From assembly GCA_951406725.2 (NCBI GenBank), contig OX597815.1:119102001-119166000 (forward strand): a stretch of 64,000 nt of DNA. The letters run 5' to 3'. The position numbers were made by a program, and so were the translations under genes. How positions within the stretch are numbered: position 1 is the first letter of the stretch; each line of letters begins with the position of its first letter. The stretch comes from Octopus vulgaris. Its lineage: Eukaryota. This document shows positions 1 through 13,649 of the stretch, in pieces. The notes below the pieces were generated by a model. The model made no database searches, was not told where the DNA came from, and saw only the letters and a list, made by a program, of their open reading frames with translations.

Positions 1-30
1 TAATGATGATGACAATATACATATATATAT

Positions 31-430
31 GGTGTGGCTGTGTGGTAAGTAGCTTGTTTACCAACCACATGGTTCCGGGTTCAGTCCCACTGCGTGGCAC
101 CTTGGGCAAGTGTCTTCTACTATAGCCCCGGGCCGACCAATGCCTTGTGAGTGGATTTGGTAGACGGAAACTGAAAGAAGCCTGTCGTATATATGTATAT
201 GTATATATATGTATGTGTGTGTTTGTGTGTCTGTGTTTGTCCCTCTAGCATTGCTTGACAACCGATGCTGGTGTGTTTACGTCCCCGTCACTTAGCGGTT
301 CGGCAAAAGAGACCGATAGAATAAGTACTGGGCTTACAAAAAGAATAATTCCCGGGGTCGAGTTGCTCGATTAAAGGCGGTGCTCCAGCATGGCTGCAGT
401 CAAATGACTGAAACAAGTAAAAGAGAAAAA
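31..430 (+). mobile_element. tRNA-derived CORE-type SINE
   Basis: Pol III-like head (GTGGCTGTGTGGTAAG...GGTTCAGTCCC), CORE-like CCTTGGGCAAGTGTC, internal (TA)/(TG) tract, A-rich tail; similar copies at 18287 and 22502. Confidence 0.85.
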
Positions 431-2395
431 AAAAGAGAATATCTTGGTACTATATGGTCTATGCAAGTATCATAATATTATATGGATTGCATAGATGTAA
501 CATGTACAATCTGTACTGTAGTATTGTACAGATATTGTGCTATTTTCTTCTATTTTTTTTCATGGTTTGGTCTGAAAGAAGTAGCTGTGTGATGGTCTGC
601 AGACCCACTGAGTCTGGTGGGTGTAATGCAGTTAACATTTCTAATGAACCGCTTGCAAATTGACAACTTCAGGAAAATGATATATTGAAGGAAAGAATTT
701 CAGTGGGGCAACATTCTTAGAAAGAAGGACTAGGAAAAGGCCTGGGAATTAGTCCAATATAAGTGACAAAATGAGGAGAGATTAATGGGTTGGAAGTGCC
801 TGAGTAGAGGTGGCATAAACCAACCAGCTTCAAAGAGAGGCTAATTTAGTAGAGGCAGTGAAAGTAAAAAATGGTCAGAGGTTGTATTGCATTGCTGATC
901 TGTTATTATATAGACCATACAGATATATCATAGTATGTTATATCATAACACTGTTATATGTAATTACTATACTGCATAAACAGAGAATCATTGTAGACAT
1001 TTACCAAAGTAATGTTGTAAATATATAGATCAACAACCTACTCTGACAGTTTGGCCCACAGGTGTACTGTTTCCAAGCTCTGCTTTTTCTGTCACTACCA
1101 CAAAGCCTCTTTCATTGGATTTAACTAGTTTCATGCTACCTCTACCCAGCTTTCCTGCATTTCCTTCCGCTTATGATATTGTTATAGAGAGGTGTATGAA
1201 TATTCCATGATGTATGAATTGCAAACATATACAAGAGATATACCTTGTTATTGTTTTACATTGAAATATAGAAGGGAAGACTCTTTAGTCTGACAAGGAC
1301 AAGGCAAATTCTCTATTGCTGGTGCCACAATAAAATGCGCCCGATACTCGATGTAGTTGACAATAGGAATGGCATCCAGCCATAGAAATCTTGGCAAAAT
1401 GAAGTGTAGGAGTGTATACTGGAATTTTTTACAACATCATAGATTGCACAGAAATAAATATTAATATTAAATATCTAAATGGAACAGGCTTAATATTTGT
1501 CAGTTTGAAGATTAGAATGGATTGGGAAGGTGAATTAAGTTATCATCTCTAGATTCTATTGCACTTTGTTATAGAATGTATGTGTGTGTATTGGCAGTCA
1601 TACTGTTATCAAATCTGTTGTAATTCATCTAACTATTTTGAAGAATCTTCATCATCTTGCCTTCACTTTTCCATGCTGGTAATTCCTCATTAGACACTGC
1701 TAGACAGGTCAGGGAGTGTGTCTCATCTGTATACTCCAATGGTTTCTGTGGCCCATTGTCTTTCCTATCATTAACCAATTTGTACAGTGTGTTTAATGTA
1801 TTTTAACATGGTACCAACAAAAAATAGGTTGTCTTGTGTCTGGGAAGACTAAAGATTCCTCTCTGTGTTATTTCCTTTCATTTTTTTTTGTTTTTGCTAA
1901 TACCAGAAGGATGTTTCATCTTTGGCAGACAGAAAAATAATGAAGAAAGAGAACAAAGCAAGCAGTTAATAGAAGAAAATGGGTGATAGTTAACTACATG
2001 GCAGTTGTTGGCAAGGAGCTTGAATAGAAACAAGATAAGGGAAAAGGTGATAGAAGAGGAGCTGCTGGAAATTGAATAATGGAAAAGAGTGAAGTCACTT
2101 ATGAAAGATAGTGTGGATAGTAATGAAGATGGGTGATGATAAGTGAAGGATGTGAATAATGAGTGATAGGGGAGGAAATAACTAGGAAAGGTATAGTGAG
2201 GGCCTATAACATACTTCTGTTTAAACAATCGCACTCCAGCAAACTTATTAGTTACAGGACTTTAGTTTGTAACATTCCATCACATGTCTTAATTCTCTCT
2301 GATTTCTATCATCCTGCCTTACTAGCAAAATATCAGCAAAATAATTACCTAGTAATTTTCTTTAATGTTTACTGTTACTTTAGATAATGCTAAAA

Positions 2396-2564
2396 CAGTG
2401 GTTCTCAACCGTGGCTCAAACATTCTTTTGGCAGCTTTTGATGGTCATCCCTGTATAAATATAAATCTTTCTTTAATTGACCTGTGTTTCACTTTTTTTG
2501 GAGCTGACCCCTTAAAAGATCCAGGTTTTGGGTCTAAGCCAGATATTAAGGTTGAGAACCACGT
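2396..2564. mobile_element. hAT-like MITE
   Basis: TIRs CAGTGGTTCTCAACC ... GGTTGAGAACCAC. Confidence 0.65.
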
Positions 2565-3673
2565 CTGACAAAGCAGTTACTAAATAAAAGGCAGAAGTCA
2601 AGCATGAAATGCTAAATAAGTTAACATGGCTGACATTTTGTTGAATCTTTTTGATACCAACCAATCTGAGACCATCTTTGGTTCTATGAGGCAAGCATTT
2701 TGTTTTAAAGGGATCAGTATAAAAATCTTCCATCAAAATTCCATGATAATTCATGTTCTGAACATCAGCTTAATAATGACAAAGTTATCTTGATAAATTC
2801 CTCATTATTTTCAAAATTAATTGAACCAAAGTTATGTATTTCAACAGAAATCTGGTAACAAAAGGGTTTAACTGGTTTAGTAAGGTGTACAACACATCTG
2901 GTTGTTGAAAATTTTCTAAGTGTGCATACACTTATGTGCAAAAACAAACATGCTATGGTCTGATCTTGTATTGTGTTTCCATTTGCAACAAGAGTGCATT
3001 TTTTGATGCATAAATTAAGGTGGTGAGCTGACAGAACCGTTAGCACACCTGACAAAATGCCTAGTGGCATTTCTACTGGCTTTATGTTCTGAGTTCAAAT
3101 TCCATCAAGGCTGGTAAAATAAGGTACAAGTCAAGTCCTGGAGTCAATGAAACTGACAAACCCTTTCCCCCTAAAATTGCAGGCCTTGTGCCAAAATACA
3201 AACAATTATTGACTTATAAATTGATACCAGTACATAACTAGTCTACATCTTAGTTTAGTATTGCAGGGGACAGGGGTAGGAGATTATTGTTGTTGTTACT
3301 GTTCTCTTTTAAATGATAATTAATACTTTAATCAGTCTTAAATGGAGTGATAATATAATAATTCCATTAACAATCCTATTAAAGTATTAAGCAGGAAGAG
3401 GGAACAAAATCTAAGGGAAATAACTTCTTTGTAAATCAACAATTATTGATTTAATTCAAAATTCAAGAATATTTCTTGCATATCTATAAGAATTTTAACA
3501 CTAACAGTTCTGTATAAAAGGTACAGTTGAGTTATATAAAGATTTTTTATTAAAACTATTCTTAAGGTTTATCACCGATTATTATCTGAGATGCTCTCCC
3601 TTCCTTATGGAAGGATAACTGCAGCTGTAATGCATTCAAATGTAAATGCGTTCAAAATAATGGTGAAATAATG

Positions 3674-3730
3674 AGAGGTACTGCATTCCAACAATACTTT
3701 GATAAAGTATTGTTGGAATTCAGTACCTCT
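3674..3730. repeat. short near-perfect palindrome (27-bp arms, 3-nt loop)
   Basis: AGAGGTACTGCATTCCAACAATACTTT-GAT-AAAGTATTGTTGGAATTCAGTACCTCT, one mismatch. Confidence 0.9.
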
Positions 3731-4906
3731 GCTGAGACATATCACTATGTAGTTTAGAATTTCACTTTGCAAACATGTAGCTCTGGGTTCGATCCTGTGG
3801 CACAACACCTCAAAAAAATGTCTTCTATTGTAGCTTTGAATTATTCAATATATTATACTGGTTGTTAAAAATTACTTGGAAGCTCATTATTTACATACAT
3901 AAAAGTGGTGAGCTGACAGAAGCGTTTGCATGTTGGACAAAATACTCAGCAGCATTTCTGCTTACATCTTTACATTCATCATCTGATGATGATGAATGTA
4001 AAGGGCTGTCTTCTCTGCAGGCATGGAGTTCAAATTCCACTAAGGTTGACTTTGCCTTTTAACTTTTCAGGGTCAATAAAATAAGTATCAGTTGAACACT
4101 GGGGTCAATGTAATCGACTTCATCCTTATTTTACAATTCCTGGTCTTGTACCAAAATTTGAAACCATTTTTTATACACATGCACACATGCCAACATGGAA
4201 AACGGACGTTGAATGATGATGACAATACTTACATACACCTGAGTGCTTATGCATATGTATCACATATTCCTGCTTTTTCTATGCTGGCATGGGTTAGACA
4301 AGACTTTTTGAGGCAGTATTCTGTTGCCAGATGCTGTTCGACATCATCACCATCATCATTATCATTTTAGTGTCCACATTCCTGTTATCATCATCATCAC
4401 CATTATCCGCATCATCATTTTAGTGTCCACATTCCTGTTGGCATGGCTTGCAAGTTTTGATAGTTTCTGCTTTGGCATGGTTTCTCTGGTTGGATGCCCT
4501 TCCTAATGCCAACCACTTGAGAGTGCTTGTGTAACCAGATAAAATACTTATTCTGATGATTGTTGCACACTGAACTGCTGAGTGAGGCATTTTGTGCATG
4601 GAGAATATAAAGAAATCTTGCTGAGGTTCAAACTGTCAATGCAAAGAAACAAAGAGACCCCTCCCCTCCAATACACACACACAGCCAAATGATTAAGACC
4701 TTGCTTTTCAACCAGAAATGCCAAGATTTGATCCTGCTGTGTAGCAGATACCATTCTTTATAGCCTTAGGTCAGCTCATACTCTGTGAGTGAGTGTGGGA
4801 CAATGGAAACTGCATAAAAGCCCACTGGAAGGACTGCACCTGTAATTCAAAGATACAGTCTAGTCACTTTCTGTGTTACGCTGGTTCCGTCTGAGAATTG
4901 TATTAA

Positions 4907-5128
4907 CCTCTTAACATACACATTTTTTACTAATTTCTGTGTAAAAAATATATTTTTTATTATTTATTTTGAATCTATATGTAAGGAAGAAGAATAAGTC
5001 CACAAATTATTTATTATAAAGTTACTGATAGTTGATGATAGAAAATGGGAATAACATCATGAATGAAGTACTTCAGGTTAGAAATAAGTGACAGATACCT
5101 CAGAGTACAATGAACGTATATTTTCATT

Positions 5129-5169
<41 letters not shown>

Positions 5170-5213
5170 TAAACATCTCTGAACGAAAATATATGGGATA
5201 ATATGTTAAGAGG
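4907..5213. mobile_element. piggyBac-like MITE with TTAA target duplication, nested in an older SINE
   Basis: TTAA|CCTCTTAACATA ... TATGTTAAGAGG|TTAA; the flanks rejoin into SINE sequence. Confidence 0.8.
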
Positions 5214-5511
5214 TTAAGGGTATGCATATTTTTTAGTATGCTTAGCCTGCTTTTACATTAATTCAGGAACTGTCAATTCAATCGACTGAAAAACTGAAAC
5301 TTCATTGTCAAATGATAGAGAACAATCTATTGAGATGCAGCACAAATTTTGTTTGTGACCAGGTTGCAGTTTTGAGTGACAAAAGTTTGACAGCATATTA
5401 CAAGCAATAAAGGTTTTAATGAAGTGAACAAACTTTGTGTTTTTCTGAATGGTTAACATGTGTCTTCCATGCTGTAGTTGTATGTGTATGTGTTTACTTC
5501 TTTGTTTCTAT

Positions 5512-5880
5512 TGGGATGGAAGCACTCCGTTGGTTACGACGATGAGGGTTCCGGTTGATCCGAACCAACGGAACAGCCTGCTCGTGAAATTAACGTGTAA
5601 GTGGCTGAGCACTCCACAGACACGTGTACCCTTAACATAGTTCTCAGGGATATTCAGCGTGACACAGAGAGTGACAAGGCCAGCCCCTTGAAATACAGGT
5701 ACAACAGAAACAGGAAGTAAGAGTGAGAGAAAGTTGTGGTGAAAGAGTACAGCAGGGATCACCACCATCCCCTGCCAGAGCCTCGTGGAGCTTTTAGGTG
5801 TTTTCGCTCAATAAACACTCACAACACCCGGTCTGGGAATTGAAACCGCGATTCTATGACCGCGAGTCCGTTGCGCCTCC
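5512..5880 (-). mobile_element. tRNA-derived SINE (second family)
   Basis: Minus-strand head GGAGGCGCAA...GGTTTCAATTCCCAGACCGGG; CpG retained; decayed relatives at about 4800-5310, 11317 and 12463. Confidence 0.75.
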
Positions 5881-5894
5881 TTGTTTCTATTACT

Positions 5895-7395
5895 GTTTAT
5901 TAGTAAAGAATGTGAACATAAATGGAAAAAGTTGTTGCTCTTCAAAGTCTTCTGAGTTTCAAAAAATGCAGTGAACTGGTAATTTGGCTTATAAGAAATC
6001 TGTAACCAAAAATGTTACTATTTAAAAGTTGTGATAAAAAAATAAAATATGAAACTGATATGACAAAGCTGCAAATAGTTCCATGAATCAAACAAAGTTT
6101 GATGATGAAATAACACTTAAATTAAGACTGAAAATGAACATGGTTGGTGATAGGATAAAGAACATGGCAAGGGTAAAAAAAAATGTGTGATACAAAGATA
6201 AAATTTTGACTCTGCCACAAAACTGTTGAAAAATAAATACATAACACCTTCATTGATGATCATGTTATTGAAATGATATTATTTGTGATAATTGGTATTT
6301 TGAGCTTTAATAAAATATGCTCAACAATTTCTTTTTTCTTTATAACTTATGGCCTGTTCTGGCAAGACATTAAACTGCAGCTAGTGTTAAGGCTCCAGCT
6401 TGGGAGTTTAGGGGTTTGGGGGGAAATGGAGTTACCCTTTAGTCTTCCCTACTCCTGGATCTATTCTGGCCCAAGGTAGTATCTGTCAAGAGCCTTAGTT
6501 ATGTGTCATGTTGCAGAAGAGAGAGAGTAGGTAAGATTTACAGGACTCAGAAAAGGGTTAGTTTCTAGTCCTGTATTACACAGGGCCACAAACATGTGAA
6601 CATGCTCTGATATCATGTGAATCAATTCCCTTGACTGAATAGGCTTTGTGTTTCATTCATTACCATTTAACATTTAAACTGACCATATCTGGCCAAATAT
6701 TCTGCCTGTGTTATGTTCAGACTGACCTGACCTGTCCTCTCACACCTACCCTACTGTGTTATTCTAAAAATAAACAAACATGTCATCAAAGTCTCAAAGC
6801 TATTTAATAATACATGATTAATTCAAAGAAATGTGAATAAATAAGCATTACATTTGACTGAGTAATCTGAATGCTAAAAGGTTAAGTGTGGCAGAGAAAG
6901 AGACTAGCTTAGAAATTGTTGATAAACTGGGAAATCACTACTGTCTTTTTCTCAAGAAAAACAGTGAATCTTTAGACTTTTGGTATGACAGTCCATGATC
7001 ACTGATGCGTGTAGGCATGACACCTGAAGAGAGAGCAAACATCTTATTACCTTACTTTGCTGAAAAACTTGGTAACATTTCAGTAAGATTATGAAATGTT
7101 CAAATCATCATCATCATTTAACATCTGATGATGATGATTAAATTCATTTACATTTTGTCAATATTGTAAAGTAAAAATAATATGATTTTGAATAATGATT
7201 ATTATCATAAATGATTGCAATATGGATAATGGTTTCTTACAAAGTCATAAATTGTAGGGAAAGGACAAAGTTAACTGAATCTATTTCATTAATCTAAGCA
7301 TAGTGAAAAGCTAAGTGAAAAAAGATATAAAATAAAATACAGTGAAGTATTTAGTCTGGATCACTGCTGCTTCTTTCACTCTACTACCTTTACTA
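5895..7395 (+). repeat. imperfect inverted repeat H0
   Basis: Collinear antiparallel anchors at about 5901/7388, 5968/7356, 5986/7231, 6011/7071, 6208/6887 (CTCTGCCACA/TGTGGCAGAG) and 6252/6614. Confidence 0.5.
6661..6885. mobile_element. TTAA-type MITE
   Basis: Ends TTACCATTTAACATTTA ... GAATGCTAAAAGGTTAA are degenerate inverted termini. Confidence 0.55.
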
Positions 7396-7398
7396 TTA

Positions 7399-8657
7399 TT
7401 AGGTTGTTCCGAAAATAATTGCTGATTTCAGAAACATAATTTTATTCTGGAAAAATTAACAATAGAAATGTTTTGATTAATCAGAGTATTAGCTGTGAAC
7501 ATCTATGCATCTCTACTATCAGTCAATGAGATTATTTATGCCTCATTAATAAAAACTTATTGGCTTTGATGCTAAGAAATCTTTGAAAGCTGATTCCACC
7601 TCTAGTTTGGACATGAAAGTTTTATCACTTAAAAACGTGTTTAAATGCTTAAAAAAAAAATGGTGGTCAGTGGGTGAAACATCAAGAGAATATGGAGGAT
7701 GTGGTGAAGTCTTGTATCTCAAGTCTGTGAGTTTCTGAAGCATCGTTCTTGCAATATGTGGCTTTGCATTATCATGGAGCAGAACTGGGCTATGCCAATT
7801 CACCAATGCAGGTCTCATTTTTTGCAAGTGAGCATGCATTTCAGCAAGTTGATTGCAGTAAACCTCTACCGTAATGCTCTGATTGACTCCCAGAAAGCTG
7901 TAATGGACGACACCAATTGCAGACCACCGGACAGTCACCATAATCTTTTGCTGATGCAACTTTGGCTTTGGGAAATGTTTGGGGGACTCATCACGATCAA
8001 GCCATTGACCTGATCATTTATGGTTATCATAAAGAATCCACTTTTCGTCACAAGTGACTATTTGGTCAAGAAAAGGATCATTGGTGTTTCACAGAAAGAG
8101 GATTGAGCACATTTCAAAACGCCGAACTTTTTGATTTTCATTGAGCTTATGTGGTCACCTTACCAATCTTCTGCAGATTGCTTGAGACTATTGCAGTACT
8201 GACACCAAATGCCTGAGATATTTCTCTGACACTTTGACATGGGTTTTGTTCAACAATTGCTTTCAATTGTTCATTGTCAAGACTGCATGACCATCCTCTA
8301 CCTTCTTCATCTTCAAAGCTCACATTACCACTACGGAATTTCTGAAACCACCTTCGTACTGTGTTATCTCTTGTGGACTCCTCTCCTCTTGTTCAGTTGA
8401 TATTGGCAGCAGTTTGGGAGGCAGTATGCCCAATCTTGAACTCATGCAAGAAAAGTAAGCAAAGGTCCTTTTTTGTCATGTTCAGAATTAAGGGTGCCTC
8501 TGCTTCAAGAATGTTTTCTCTGAAATAAGTAGAAAATTATTAAAGAACATACATCAATTATTAAGTATGTCAAAATTCACCTAAAATATAATTAAAAAAC
8601 TATGACAAAATTGCATTTCAAAACAACGCTTAGAGCAGCCATTATTTTCGAAACAAC

Positions 8658-8660
<3 letters not shown>
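7399..8660 (-). mobile_element. full-length decayed mariner transposon
   Basis: TIRs TAGGTTGTTCCGAAAATAAT / ATTATTTTCGAAACAACCTA, about 1.26 kb, with transposase remnant inside. Confidence 0.9.
7546..8479 (-). pseudogene. mariner DD34D transposase, disrupted
   Basis: Motifs LLHDNAKPH and HPPYSLDVSPTDHHFF in ORF 7546-7959; VTCDEKWILY upstream; start ATGACAAAAAAG at 8479; stops and frameshifts. Confidence 0.9.
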
Positions 8661-8688
<28 letters not shown>

Positions 8689-8744
8689 CACCACCACCAT
8701 GGAGGTATTGGAAACTATAGAACCATAAAAAGTACCAACCGATT

Positions 8745-8950
8745 GTGGCCACCTCTGGCCCCTGTGCCGATGGCACGTAAAAAGCACCCACTACATTCAT
8801 GGAGTGGTTGGTGTTAGGAAGGGCATCCAGCTGTAGAAACTCTACCAGATCAGACTGGAGCCTGGTGCGGCCTCCTGGCATCCCAGACCCTGGTCGAACT
8901 GTTCAACCCATGCTAGCATGGGAAACAGACGTTAAACGATGATGATGATT
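8745..8950 (+). mobile_element. (GAT)n-tailed RTE-related short element
   Basis: GTTAGGAAGGGCATCCAGCTGTAGAAAC...GTTAAACGATGATGAT; many copies throughout the window. Confidence 0.8.
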
Positions 8951-9569
8951 TCCTGTGAATTAAATTCCTTCAAAAAGATGTGAAGTGGATTGGCAGGAGT
9001 GTTAAGGCCTCTGAAAAAATAGCTAGCAGTATTTGTTGCACCTCTTTCATTGTGTGTTCAAATTCTGCCCAGGCTAACTTTTCCTTTCATCATTCCAGAG
9101 CTGAGAAAGTAAAGTACCAGTCAAGTACTGTCAAGTGCCAGTCAAATATTGTGGTTGATTTAATCAACTAATGGTACTTCTCCAAATTTCAAGCCTTGAA
9201 GTAAGTTTTAGGATAGGAGATTAGAAGAATCATTAGCTTATTGGTGGAAAAAAATGCTTTGTGATATTTGTTCCTACTTTTTATGTTGAGTTCAAATCCT
9301 TCTGAGATCAGTTTCATCTCTCTGGGGTCAATGAAATAAAGTACCAGTCAAGTACAGGGAATGATATCATCATCATTACCATCTTTTAATGTCTGCTTTC
9401 CATGCTGGCATGGGTTGGACGGTTTGACTGAGGATGGGCAAGCCAGAAGGCTGTACCAGGCTCCAATCTGATCTGGCAAGGTTTCTACAGCTGGATACTG
9501 AGGCGAGCTGGCAGAATCGTTAGCACGCTGGGCGAAATGCTTAGTGGTGTTTTGTCTGCCATTACATTC

Positions 9570-9858
9570 ATCATCATCATCATCATCATTTAACGTCCGC
9601 TTTCCATGCTAGCATGGGTTGGACGGTTCAACTGGGGTCTGGGGAGCCCGAAGGCTGCACCAGGCCAGTCAGATCTGGCAGTGTTTCTACAGCTGGATGC
9701 CCTTCCTAACGCCAACCACTCCGAGAGTGTAGTGGGTGATTTTATGTGCCACCGACACAGGTGCCAGACGAGGCTGGCGAACGGCCACGCTCGGATGGTG
9801 TTTTTTATGTGCCACCGACACAGGTGCCAGACGAGGCTGGCAGACGGCCACGCTCGGA
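9570..9858 (-). mobile_element. young 5'-truncated (GAT)n-tailed element nested in a SINE
   Basis: Almost identical to the reverse complement of 41835-42120; interrupts a SINE spanning about 9500-9960. Confidence 0.85.
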
Positions 9859-10175
9859 AGATTTTGCCTTTCATCCTTTCAGGGTCGATTAAATAAGTAC
9901 CAGTTACGCACTGGGGTCAATGTCTGTCCCCTCTATGTTTAGCCCCTTGCAGGCAATAAAGAAATAACTCTGAGAGTGTAGTGAGTGCTTTTTATGTGCC
10001 ACCGGCACGAGGACCAGTCAGGCAGTACTGGCATCGAATGGTGCTGTTTATGTGCCACCGGCGTGAATTTTCAGGCCATATGCCTACATTAAAAACTATT
10101 ATTAACTCAATTTGTTATTCAATATTAGGATAAATTGGCAGCTTTATTAGCTTTCCATCTCTTTTAGAACTGTCT

Positions 10176-10187
10176 TGTCACGTGACA
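10176..10187. promoter_or_regulatory. palindromic E-box (CLEAR/USF-like GTCACGTGAC)
   Basis: TGTCACGTGACA in a CpG-retaining unique segment; a second CCACGTGG at about 10703. Motif match only. Confidence 0.3.
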
Positions 10188-13100
10188 GCGAGTAACGTTT
10201 GATTCACAAAATTACTGTTGACTTATTCTAAATTGAACTAAATTAATTTGTATTGAATAAGCAACAAAAATATCAAATATGTATATTTCACGTATCTTCT
10301 TCCTCCTTCGATATAAATTTCAAACTTCTAACTCTACCAAGATTTCTAAAGAACTTATTAACTCCCTTACAATAACCGGCCTCTAGGGCACACATCCGTG
10401 TATGTATTGAGTTGCTTCCCTTGTAACCTTGCCTCTCCTTGGGAGTTGCGCCCCTTGCATTAAAACAACACTTTATTGAAGGTGTACGCACACTTTATTG
10501 TATTTAATTTTCATCTTTCGTCGCTTTGAGCTCAAATACAGCTGAGTGAAGTTTGCTTTTTCCTCTTTTCCGGATTAATAAATTAAATACTAGGGTCACA
10601 CTCACATTTATTTAGATGATTTAACCTTTCTGATGAAAATCTAAATTGTGTGCAAGAAGAATGTTTTTAAAGTTACAAATGCATCTTTAAAATAAATTAG
10701 AACCACGTGGCCAGTTTCGTAAATCATATTTAAAAATGCTAAACCGATAAGCATTGATTTTTGTTATCGTATTCTGTATTTCTTTTCCGTTTCCATTTCT
10801 TTTTAAGGGCTTGGGAATATATCTAATTAATTAACATTAAGTATTTCACTGAGTTTCATTTAAAGAAGTGATTACAACTAGTGACGAGGATAGGGTGCTA
10901 AACAAAAAAAAAAAAAAAATAGTTATAATGTTCATATCCAACCTTGAACGCTATATTGTATCCATAGCTAGAATACTCAACATTTTACTGGCTCTATCTA
11001 CACTACTACCAATGAAGTACTGTTAACTACTTTTGAGAGAAGGAGTGCTACATAATTAATAAGTGCTTGGTTTGTTAGTACTCCTGTATGTGTTTGCAGA
11101 GGACTATCTGAAGCTTTCCCAGTATTCACCATTGGAGCAGAGATCCCTATTTCACCTCTGCCTTGCCACTGGATTTTGCAATTATATTTGATAACTGGTG
11201 ATTTCTTTTTGGTGACAGTTGGTGTGTCACAGTTTATGTCATGTTAAATTCCATATATGTGTATGTGTGCACATGTAAATGATACTTGTTTTATGAAGTG
11301 TATAATGATACAGAGTGGAGACACATGGCTTAGTGGTTAAGGTGTTGGACTCATAGTTGTAAAATTGTGGTTACAATTCCTGGACTAGGGGATGCGTTGT
11401 GTCCTTGAGCAAAAACACTTTATGTCATGTTGCTCCAGTCCACTCAGCTGGTAAAAATGAGTAACCCTAAAATGGACTGGCATCCCCATCCAGGGAGGAA
11501 TATATATGCATGAAAAAGTGGGAACTGGACCTATGCTCATCATCATCATCATCATCATCGTTGTTTAACGTCCACTTTCCATGCTGGCATGGGTTGGACA
11601 GTTTGACTGAGGACTGGCAAGCCAGAAGGCTGTACCAGGCTCCAATCTGATCCTTATGGAGTAATGTGAACTAGCCATAATGATACAGAGCAAGTGAATA
11701 TTAAAGAGGTTTCAAATGGATAGTCTTGGTTTCTTCTGCACTAACTTATTAATTGTTTATTGATAATTATCATTAGATGTACTTAATTGTCCTTAGAGAA
11801 ATTCTTCTTTCGTAATATAGTCTTTGTCACATGTCACTTGATTATGGAGAATAACAATCTTTATTTTTGTAGTCTTCCACCTGGGTGAGAACTTAGAATG
11901 ATGCAGGTTTTTGTTGAGTATCACTTAAGGCTGAGATTATCTCTCACCTGGATAAAATAGAAATGAGCTCAAACAACATTTGACTCTTAACTATAGTAAA
12001 TATTACTTCCAAACATTGTGGATCTTTTAAATTTAAAAAGGTCTCTCATCTGCTGTAGCTATTAAATTTGCAGCTAGTGGATATGAAATCTTACACTTGA
12101 AGCTGCCAAACCTTTTTTCTTTGACCAGTTATATAGGCTTTATATCATACAAGCTTTATTTCACAGTTAATCTTTGAAGTATCATATTGAAACTTGGCCT
12201 CCAGATTTGGTTGATCATTGAAATTGTTGCATATTCTTGGAATTATTTTATAAAATATAATTTCTCTCTCTTTATCATCTCCCTCTTCCTAAAATTTTGT
12301 ATGAATTAATAAATAAAAGCCTATCTTTGTAATTGAATATTCTAAATTCAGCAGAGGAGACTTTTCTGACTCATGCAACATGGGAAAATAAAAGAAAAAA
12401 ATGATGATGGTGACGAAAATCTTCTCAATATGTGAATGTTTATTGAATTACTCATACTATGTGGAGGTACATGGTTTAGTGGTTAGGGTGTTGAATTCAT
12501 GATCGTATGGTTCTAGTTTCAGTTCCTAGACCAGGTGATGCATTGTGTTCTTGAGCAAAACACTTCATTTCACATTGCTCTAGTTCATTCACTGAGCAAA
12601 AATATGTAATATGGTGACTTTGTGAAAGGCCTTGCAATTTGGTGATGGATGGTAGACCTGCCTATAAGAATAAAAACAAGCAGAAAGGAACTTCTGGACT
12701 GACAGGCTATAAGCCTATCTTGATGTTCATTTAAAAAACCTGCTAACACATTTTTTTCTTTTTAATGGAAAACCATCAGTTTTCTACTTGAAATTATAAA
12801 TATGATTCATATATCTTTCTAAAATGATTACCAAGTTATAATCCTAAGCATATCATGATTGGCTCTAGGGCTAAGTCCTCAATAAAATTTTCCTCTGGTG
12901 TGATAAATTTGTAGAAATCCAGGAAATATAAGTATATTTTAATTATGCCTAATGTATTTGGTATCATTTATATTAATAGAAGCAAAATCAGTTGGCTATT
13001 ATTTGGAAATTCTCTTGTTTATACTCAAAGACAGAAACCATCCATTTCTTTTAAGTCAAAGAAACAAGTTTCTTCTCTAGAATTTGCTTGCTTCCTTTCA

Positions 13101-13649
13101 CATTTAATTTTCTTGATGCAAGTCTGTGGGAAGAGAATACCTTCTTGAGCTTTATTTCTGGAGATAAAATGCCAAATCGGTGTAATTAGTAATAGATTTA
13201 GTATCATCCAGTCAAATTGTTATTATGGATGTTTTTGCTACTGATCATTTTATTTGCTTCTTCAGTTTTTATTCTTTCATTGGGTTTTTAGCAAATGAAT
13301 TGAATTTAACCAGTTTGAAACCATTCTATTGTTTGTCATGAGGGGCTTTGTTTCTATTTTATCCATTTATATAATGATTCTTTAATTAAATTTTATTAAT
13401 TTTTTTAAAATTAAATTTCCTTGAAAAAAAATGCTTTAAATATAGAAATAGGAAGTTGATAAAAGCCACTTAATAAAGCAAAGTTGGAGAAAAATAAATT
13501 TATTCAGTATTTTGGCTTAACAAGTTGTAATCTTGAACTGAAAAATTCAAAATGACAGGTAAATTGCAAATAACAAGAGAAACATTACAACATGTGCAGG
13601 GATGCACATTGTATCAAGAATGTGTGGAGTGTGTGTGTTTTTCACATCA

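Noticed and set aside
900-3620. Possible further fold-back
   Set aside because: The short complementary matches (1165/3390, 1230/3472, 1272/3595) run in parallel rather than nested order. They show the level of chance matching.
10387-10399. TAG|GGCACACATCCGT|GTATGT microexon
   Set aside because: 13 nt is not frame-preserving and the acceptor tract is weak.
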